Assembly: GCA_963752455.1 (NCBI GenBank)
Contig: CAVVYE010000015.1
Coordinates: forward strand, 8,029-72,028
Length of the DNA stretch: 64,000 nucleotides
Direction: 5' to 3'
Origin: an uncultured Thermoleophilaceae bacterium
Lineage (GTDB): Bacteria; Actinomycetota; Thermoleophilia; Solirubrobacterales; Thermoleophilaceae
Shown: positions 57,931 through 64,000 of the stretch, piece after piece
How the letters are laid out: every line of letters begins with the position of its first letter
Numbering within the stretch: the first letter of the stretch is position 1
Position numbers and translations under genes: made by a program
Notes under the pieces: model-generated
The model's database searches: none
What the model was told of the DNA's origin: nothing
Seen by the model: the letters and a program-made list of their open reading frames with translations, nothing else

Positions 57931-60617
57931 CTAGCGCGGACGGTGCCCCTGGACCTCCACCACCTGCTGGTAGGTGGGGCGGTTGATCCAGGGGATGGAG
58001 GGCACGGTTACGCCGCCGATGGCGCGGAAGCGTGTCGCGTCGAAGCAGGGCTGGTCGCCGTCGGTGCATCCGGCGTCCTGGTAGAGCTCGGTCTTGGGCA
58101 CGGCGAGGGCGGCCGTGAGCGAGCTGGTGAGGGCGGTGCGGCAGGCAGCGAGGCTGCCGTTCCCGCAGTACATGCGGGAGAGCGGACCCTTCTGACGGCT
58201 CGCCCAGGAGCCTGCGCAGGTCCTTGTTCACGTACCCGTACCAGCCGTCCTGGTAGGCGCTGCCGAGGTGGGCGCCGTGGTTGTTCGGCTCGTTGTCCAG
58301 CCCGACGATGCCGGTGATCCGGTCGAACAGGTCGGCCCCGAGCTTCGGCTCGAACATGGCCCGCACGGCGCGCGGCCACCAGGCGTCCATGATCTGCACG
58401 GCCCGCTCGTCGTCGTAGCGACCGTCGCTGGTCCTTGTCGCTGCGGTGCGAGCCGGTGAAGATCCAGATCTTCAGCGTCCTCACCGCGTCGGCCAGGGCC
58501 GGATCGCTCGGCTCGCCGATCACGTTGAGCATCCAGAGCACCGCCTCCTGGCCGCGCAGGTCGGTGGTCCCGGCCTCCTCCATGCTGCTGATGAGGCCCT
58601 GGAGCGTGGTCTTGCGTCCCAAGAAGAGGCTGTTGGCGATCTGCCGGTCGAGCATCTGGGAGCGGTAGACGGGCCCGTAGCGACCAGTTGCCGTCGGCCG
58701 CCCCGAAGCCCGGAGCCTGCTTGTTGTTCCAGGACGTGAGGTAGCGGCTGGTTGATGACCTGCGGGTGCTCGGCCGCCGGCGTGTAGGAGGCGGTCTGGT
58801 TCGTCGGGGTTGAAGCCCTGCCAGTCGCAGGCGCCGGTGCCCCAGTTGGGCGCGGCGAAGCTGACGCCCGGCGCCCGCACGGGATTGTCGCCCGAGTTGA
58901 AGTAGCCGATGTCGCGGTCGTCGGCGTAGAACCAGTTGAAGGTGAAGCCGATCTTCGCCACCGCGCGCTGGAAGTCCTGAACGTTGGCGACCTTGGAGGG
59001 CTGGTTGAGCTCGGCGAACCCGCGCGCCGAGTCCACCTCGTGGAAGTAGGTCGAGCGCAGGCGGGCGAAGGCCACCGGCTTGCCGTTCACGGTGCCCCGC
59101 TTGTGCACGATGCCGTGGACGGTGCGCTGGGCGGTGAGCTGGTAGGTCTCGGGCGGGGACGGGTCGGCCGGGTTCGGCGTGATCACGTTCGTCCGCTGTG
59201 AGGATCTCCATCGGGCGGCAGGTGCCCTTGTAGAGGTAGTGGGTGGACTGCACGGTGGGCGTCGAGCCGTCGGGCTCGCACAGCTGCTCGGCGAACGTGT
59301 CGATGATGTCCTGCCCCGCGGAGGTGGCCGACCACGCGTAGTCCCGTCCCCTGCCCGAGCAGCACGTACGGGCTGACGCCGGCGAAGGCGGCGCCGGTGG
59401 CGTCGATGTCGGGACCGTGCAGGTCCTGCTCGATGAGGATCTGGGGCATGAAGTAGCCGACCTGCGGGCCGATCACGGCCAGCGGGCGGCCGCTGGTCGA
59501 GTTCGGCGCGCCGACACGAGCAGCGCGTTCGAGTTGCCGTTCAGCAGACCGACCGGGGAGATGATGCTCTTGGCGAGGGCGGCGTCGGTGGGCGCCGGGG
59601 GTGCGCTCGACGAGTCCACGAGCGAGCCCGGGTCCGGCTTCGCGACCGCGGCCTGGTCGTCGTTGCGGTTCGGCTGGTAGGGGAAGTTGGTGCCGCGGAC
59701 CGTGGTGGGCGCCTCGGGGTCGTTCTGGCGACGGAAGTCGTTCCACACCTGCGTGCCGTCGATGATCCCGAACTTCTGCCGCGCGGCCGTGAGCACCTCG
59801 GAGCTCTCGACCTCGGACCCGCCGCCCTTGCCGAAGATCCCGCCCACGAGCGCGGCCGTGGCGACCACGTCGGTCGCCTTCCAGTCCTCCAGCGTCTTGC
59901 CGAGCAGGGCGTACTCGCGCGGGCAGCTTGAGCGGGTTGAGCCGGGCCTCGGCGATGTACGCGTTGATGCCGGCCACGTAGTCGGCCACGTCCTGCTGGA
60001 GCGCGGCGCCCTCGGGTCCGTAGAGGTCGTCGAGCTGGTCGACCTGCTGCTGGAGGTCGGCCTCGGTGTAGGGCGAGGACTCCCACACGTCCGCGTCCAT
60101 CGCCTTGTTGGCGCCGCCGGCGAAGCCCGGAGAGCTGGCCGCGGCCGGCGTGGCGCAGGACGTCCATGAAGAACAGGCGGTCCTCGGCGCCCACGTAGCC
60201 GGCCCCGAACAGCGTGTCCGAGCGGGTGGTCCCGTAGACGTGCGGCACGCCGAAGCCCTTGTCGCGGACGACGATCACCCCGGCCCGCGGGGAGTAGGTG
60301 CGCTCCTCCTGGCCGACCGGGACGCCGAAGCTGGCGTCCTTGAAGTACTTGCCGATGTCGGCCGCGGCGAGCCCCGGGCTGTCGTACATCAGGTCCCGGT
60401 ACGGGCCCAGCTGGTCGGTGGTGTGCGCCGGGTAGGTCCCGTTGGCCTGGAACAGCGCCAGCTCGGTGGCGTTGAACACGCCCTTCGTGCCCGGCGGCAG
60501 CACGCTGCGGAAGCCGCCGAAATCGTTGGTGCGATACGGCTGGCGCTGGGCGTCGGCGGTGGCCGGCACGAGCGCGACGGCCACCAGCGCCAGGATCAGC
60601 TTGCGTGTGATGTTCAT
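57931..60617 (-). pseudogene. penicillin acylase (S45 Ntn-hydrolase) family gene with 10 frame changes
   Basis: Signal peptide MNITRKLILALVAVALVPATADA. ...IVVRDKGFGVPHVYG...GAGYVGAEDRLFFMD... The beta-subunit nucleophile context is GLLNGNSNALLVS. ...IGPQVGYFMPQILIEQDLHGPDIDATGAAFAGVSPYVLLG..., FTFNWFYADDRDIGYF, YLTSWNNKQAPGF, C-terminal ...IPWINRPTYQQVVEV. I traced ten shifts through frames 0,2,1,2,1,0,2,1,0,2,1. Alternative start ATG 60638. Confidence 0.75.
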
Positions 60618-60715
60618 TAGGCGGGACGGACGTGGCATCCGTGCCGCCGACCCGGGGGAAGCTATTCAGTGCCCGAGCGACAATCAAGCCCCACCCCACG
60701 CGATACTCGGGGGTC

Positions 60716-61117
60716 ATGTCGCGGGAGAACGCAGTGGTGGCACGGCAGACCTTCGAGGCGATCGGGCGATGGGACACCGATGCTCTGCTGGAGCTCTACG
60801 ACCCCGGCATCGAGTTCCAGCCCCTCACCGGTACCCGCGTCGAGAGCGGCGGCTACATCGGGCACGCGGGCGTCCGTGAGTACTTCGTGGAGATCGGCGA
60901 TGTCTGGGAGGAGCTTCATCCGTACGCCGACGACGTGCGCACGGTCGGCGACGACGTGGTGATCCTCGGGGGCTGCACGGTGCGCGGCCGGGGCAGCGGA
61001 GCCGAGTCCGACACACCCATGGCCTGGGTGATCACGGTGCGGAGCGGCAGAGTCACCCGCCACCGCGGCTACCGAACCCGCGAGGAAGCCCTGGACGCCG
61101 TGGGACTGTCGGAGTAG
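60716..61117 (+). CDS. SnoaL/NTF2-like (ketosteroid isomerase-like) protein
   Basis: Intact from ATG 60716: MSRENAVVARQTFEAIGRWDTDALLELYDPGIEFQP...VITVRSGRVTRHRGYRTREEALDAVGL. Confidence 0.7.
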   Translation: MSRENAVVARQTFEAIGRWDTDALLELYDPGIEFQPLTGTRVESGGYIGHAGVREYFVEIGDVWEELHPYADDVRTVGDDVVILGGCTVRGRGSGAESDTPMAWVITVRSGRVTRHRGYRTREEALDAVGLSE

Positions 61118-61152
61118 CCGCCCTCGAGGTCGTCGGGCTTTAGAGTCGTCCA

Positions 61153-61773
61153 ATGAGATCGCTCCGCGCGGTCACCCTCCTCTTCGCCGCCATGGGCGCC
61201 GGGATTGGCTCGCTCGCCGCACCGGGCGTTGCCGGAGCTCAGTCGCCGGGCCAGGACTCGGTGACCGGGTCCGTCGCGACCGGGGAGGGTCGCGCGTTCG
61301 TCGAGTTCACGTTCGACGTGCACAGCGGGCCTTCCGGAGAGGACCCCACGGGTACCGTCTCGTTCGATGCGCTCCTCATAGACCTCGGGGAGCTTCCGGT
61401 CTCGTGCCTGACCGTGAGCGGCAACCGGGCGAGCATGATCGCGCTCATCCTCTCGTCCTCACCATCCGCACCGGAGGGCGTGCTGATCTCGGTCGAAGAC
61501 GATCAGGGAACGGCGGGTGACGGGCTGAGCTGGACCTTCCTATCGACGCTGCCGAGCGAATGTCCCGTGCCGAGTCAGGTCGGCCGGCCGCTGCTGACCG
61601 GCGACCTCGTCGTGACCGACGCCCAACCGCTCACCGCGAGGCGTCAGGCCCGGCAGGAGTGCATCTTCATACGCGCGGCCCACGGCCGTCCGGCGTTCCG
61701 GGCTTGGTACGGGACAGCGGTGACCGGGCGACACGCCATGCGCCGCTGCATCCGGGAGAGGAGCGATGACTAG
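61153..61773 (+). CDS. secreted hypothetical protein
   Basis: Intact 206 aa. Signal peptide MRSLRAVTLLFAAMGAGIGSLAAPGVAGA. I recognise no family. Confidence 0.55.
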   Translation: MRSLRAVTLLFAAMGAGIGSLAAPGVAGAQSPGQDSVTGSVATGEGRAFVEFTFDVHSGPSGEDPTGTVSFDALLIDLGELPVSCLTVSGNRASMIALILSSSPSAPEGVLISVEDDQGTAGDGLSWTFLSTLPSECPVPSQVGRPLLTGDLVVTDAQPLTARRQARQECIFIRAAHGRPAFRAWYGTAVTGRHAMRRCIRERSDD

Positions 61774-62033
61774 TCGGGAACCACGAAGGCGGCAAGCAGG
61801 CTCGCCGGCTCGTGGTCGCTCGCGTTCTCCGACATGCTCTGCAGGGACCCGGGGGGTTCGTAGAGAGAATCGCCCTCGTGGAGCACCTGGGGCTCCTGGC
61901 CCTTGAGTCCGATCCGCACGGAGCCTTCGATGACGTAGACGAAGGCGCCGCACGGATGGCGGTTCGGCCACTCCGAGGCTTCGCCGGGCTCGTAGTCGAT
62001 ACGAACGGTCCGTATCTCGCGACTGGGGCTCAT
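61770..62033 (-). CDS. small cupin-domain protein
   Basis: Intact 87 aa: ...HPCGAFVYVIEGSVRIGLKGQEPQVLHEGDSLYEPPGSLQ. The ATG overlaps the upstream stop (ATGA). Confidence 0.65.
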   Translation of the reverse strand: MSPSREIRTVRIDYEPGEASEWPNRHPCGAFVYVIEGSVRIGLKGQEPQVLHEGDSLYEPPGSLQSMSENASDHEPASLLAAFVVPD

Positions 62034-63387
62034 CGCGCCACCTCTCTCGTGAACGCGGCGGTGTGGACGGCGCCCTCGTGCTTGAACTGGAGGAAGAGGC
62101 GATACGTGTCCGCGGTGGGGAACTCGGTGATGAACCGGACCGCCCGCCTGTTCCCCGTCGCCGTGCGCGTCTGCTCGCTCCTCGGGGTGAACGTGCAGGA
62201 ATGCCAGGTCTCCCTCGCGCAGGGCGACCAGGTGACCGCCGGCGCCGAGGTAGCGCTGGGTCTCGACCGTCTTGCCCCCGCGGCTGATCGTGAAGGTCAG
62301 CTCGGTGTCCTGACCCGCCTTTGACTGCGCGTCGTTGACGGTGACCCTGTAGCCACCGTCGGCGGTCGCGCTCGTCGCCGGCGGGGGCAGCTGGCCGCTG
62401 ATCGGCGGGTCCGTCGACGGTCAGGTCGCCGGCGAGCGTCTCGTTGGTTCCCTGGCGCTTGAAGTCGGCGAACACGCGGTAGCTGCCGGGCTTCCCGATC
62501 GTCACCTGCGTGGCCCAGCTGCCATCGCGGCCGAGCTTCGGGTGGAGGTGCTGGAACCCGGTCAGGTCGTTGCGGGCAACGATCAGGTGCATGCGCTTCT
62601 CGTGCTCGACCTCGTAGTCGCGCACCGGCATGCCGTCGGAACCGAGGATCTGGAAGCGCAGCATGGCGCGCCGGCCGGGCTCCAGGTGGGCTGTGGCGAG
62701 CTGGAGGGTCATCCCGTTGCCGGTCGGGAAGAGACCGCGCACCGGGTCGGCCGTGCCCTCCCCGCCGTGTCCGCCGGCGAGGTGCTCCCCGCCGTGGTCC
62801 TCTTCGCTCCCGTCGAACGCTTCCGCAACGAGCACCGCGGTCCCAAAGACGAACGCCACAGCGGCGACGATCCCGACGAGCCGGGGCGAAGGACCACCGT
62901 GGATCCCGGTCTCGTGAACCACCGCGTGCCCCTTCCCGCGGGCGATCAAATAGCGGTTCACCGGTACTGCGACAGCTCCGGCGATCACGAGGGCGAACGC
63001 AAGGCTGCCCCAGAACAGCAGGTCGCCAAGGCCGGCGTGCATCGCCCCCGGGATCACTACGAGGATGAGGTTGTCGACGACCTCCATCGTGGCGATGCTG
63101 AGCGTGTCGGAGGCCAGCGCGATCGGAATCACCGCTCCAAGGGCCAACCCGGACCGCAGGAGCGGCAGGCTGGTAAGGCTGTAGCCGAACACGAATGCCA
63201 GGGCGATGGCCAGGACGATCGTCGCCAGGTTCGAAAAGCCGAGAGCGGTCCCGATCGCCATGCCGGCGATCTCCCCGAGCGCACAGCCGGTCAGGCAGTG
63301 CAGGGTCGCGCTGATGGCCACGCCCGTGAGCGCTCGACCCGAGGTCGGCATCTCGTGGTGATGGTGTGCGTGGGTTGCCGCTTCCAT
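62030..63387 (-). CDS. DUF4396 membrane domain fused to two tandem Ig-like putative metal-binding domains (about three apparent frameshifts near 62400, 62290-62300 and 62180)
   Basis: MEAATHAHHHHEMP...ISATLHCLTGCALGEIAGMAIGTALGF (DUF4396-like), a TM helix, then the His/Glu-rich stretch EEDHGGEHLAGGHGGEG. Domain 1: LRFQILGSDGMPV...MHLIVARNDLTGFQHLHPKLG...PGSYRVFADF. Domain 2 (shifted frames): ELTFTISRGGKTV...GHLVALREGDLAFLHVHPEE...FPTADTYRLFLQFKHEG. Confidence 0.65.
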
Positions 63388-63406
63388 CGCGAGGGTGACC
63401 GTACCA

Positions 63407-63421
63407 TACCCCCTGGGGGTA
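63407..63421. promoter_or_regulatory. perfect palindrome TACCCCCTGGGGGTA, CsoR/RcnR-type operator candidate in a divergent promoter region
   Basis: Read directly from the sequence. It lies 20-34 nt upstream of ATG 63387 of the minus-strand DUF4396 gene and just before the plus-strand ORF. The extended context is GTACCATACCCCCTGGGGGTAC. Confidence 0.45.
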
Positions 63422-63424
63422 CTG

Positions 63425-63898
63425 ATGACATGTCGGCGGTTGACACGGGGCTGGCGGGACTGTTCGATCGGCACCGCTGACCTCGCGGGAGCCCTCGGCG
63501 CCACCCCCTTCATCGGCCGGGGGCACCTCACGTGCAACCCCAACTGCTTCGCCTTCAACTTCCGGCCGCAGGGCTTCACCAACAATGCCGAGCCCGGAGC
63601 CCTCGAGGACCGGCCCTTCCGGTCACCCCCCGGCGGGCTCAGGGTGTCGGACTTCGTCGCGACCCTCTCCACCACGGTTCCGGGGGGCCAGGCGTTCAAC
63701 ATGTGGCTCATCCAGTTCAGCACCTCGAACGCGTACCTCACGTGCAGCATCCCCGGCGGCACGTCCAACTGCAGCGCGACGCCGGCCGCGGCAACCATCC
63801 CCGCGGGCGACCTGTTCTGGGTGGTCATCAACACGAGCTACTCGGTCAGCGGTAACCCCTACCTGGACTTCAGCTTCCGGGCGCAACCGGCGAGCTGA
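63425..63898 (+). CDS. hypothetical Asn/Ser/Thr/Phe-rich protein with paired cysteines (start uncertain)
   Basis: The plus-strand frame has strongly GC3-biased codons: ...HLTCNPNCFAFNFRPQGFTNNAEPG...QAFNMWLIQFSTSNAYLTCSIPGGTSNCSATP...FWVVINTSYSVSGNPYLDFSFRAQPAS. I prefer it over the overlapping antisense part of ORF 61540..63834. Confidence 0.45.
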   Translation: MTCRRLTRGWRDCSIGTADLAGALGATPFIGRGHLTCNPNCFAFNFRPQGFTNNAEPGALEDRPFRSPPGGLRVSDFVATLSTTVPGGQAFNMWLIQFSTSNAYLTCSIPGGTSNCSATPAAATIPAGDLFWVVINTSYSVSGNPYLDFSFRAQPAS

Positions 63899-63964
63899 GC
63901 CTTCGCACCGCCGGACGCGGTCCGCTTGCCGCCGGGGGCGGGGCGGTCTAGCGTCCGGCGGGTG

Positions 63965-64000
63965 ATGTCGCAGGAGAACGTGGACACCGTGCGCGCGCTG
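63965..64000 (+). CDS. start of a possible SnoaL/NTF2-like protein (first 12 codons only)
   Basis: ATG 63965: MSQENVDTVRAL, similar to the N-terminus of 60716..61117 (MSRENAVVARQ). Truncated by the window end. Confidence 0.3.
   Translation, partial: MSQENVDTVRAL

Overview
Very GC-rich (by eye about 70% or more), almost fully coding chromosomal core region that looks Actinomycetota-like, based on Mce proteins, GatCAB, menaquinone genes and actinobacterial-type SerC. Most genes lie on the minus strand and many are joined by 1-4 nt stop/start overlaps (ATGA, GTGA, TTGA, TGATG). Contents:
- Branched-chain amino acid supercluster: cimA, ilvE, leuB, leuC, leuD, leuA with a Leu-rich leader peptide, ilvC, ilvB, ilvN.
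- Serine and cysteine genes: serA, serC, cysE, cysK.
- A complete classical menaquinone set: menF, menD, menH, menC, menE, menB, menA.
- Housekeeping genes: gatCAB, folD, pcrA, type II NADH dehydrogenase.
- A six-gene mce cluster with no adjacent permease or ATPase genes.
- Two paralogous membrane-spanning proteins with a C-terminal recombinase-type HTH.
- A putative copper-responsive module: a CsoR-type palindrome next to a DUF4396 fusion protein.
- A penicillin-acylase-like gene, a large sulfatase-like membrane protein and several small hypothetical proteins.
I found no rRNA, tRNA, CRISPR array, transposase or integrase.
Major caveat: by manual reading, roughly 80-90 apparent single-base frameshifts interrupt otherwise well conserved genes, including essential ones. 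They are clustered rather than uniform. I read most of them as assembly indel errors, so gene ends are given for the reconstructed genes, not for the individual ORF fragments in the track. All family assignments come from my recognition of motifs in the translations. No database search was run.
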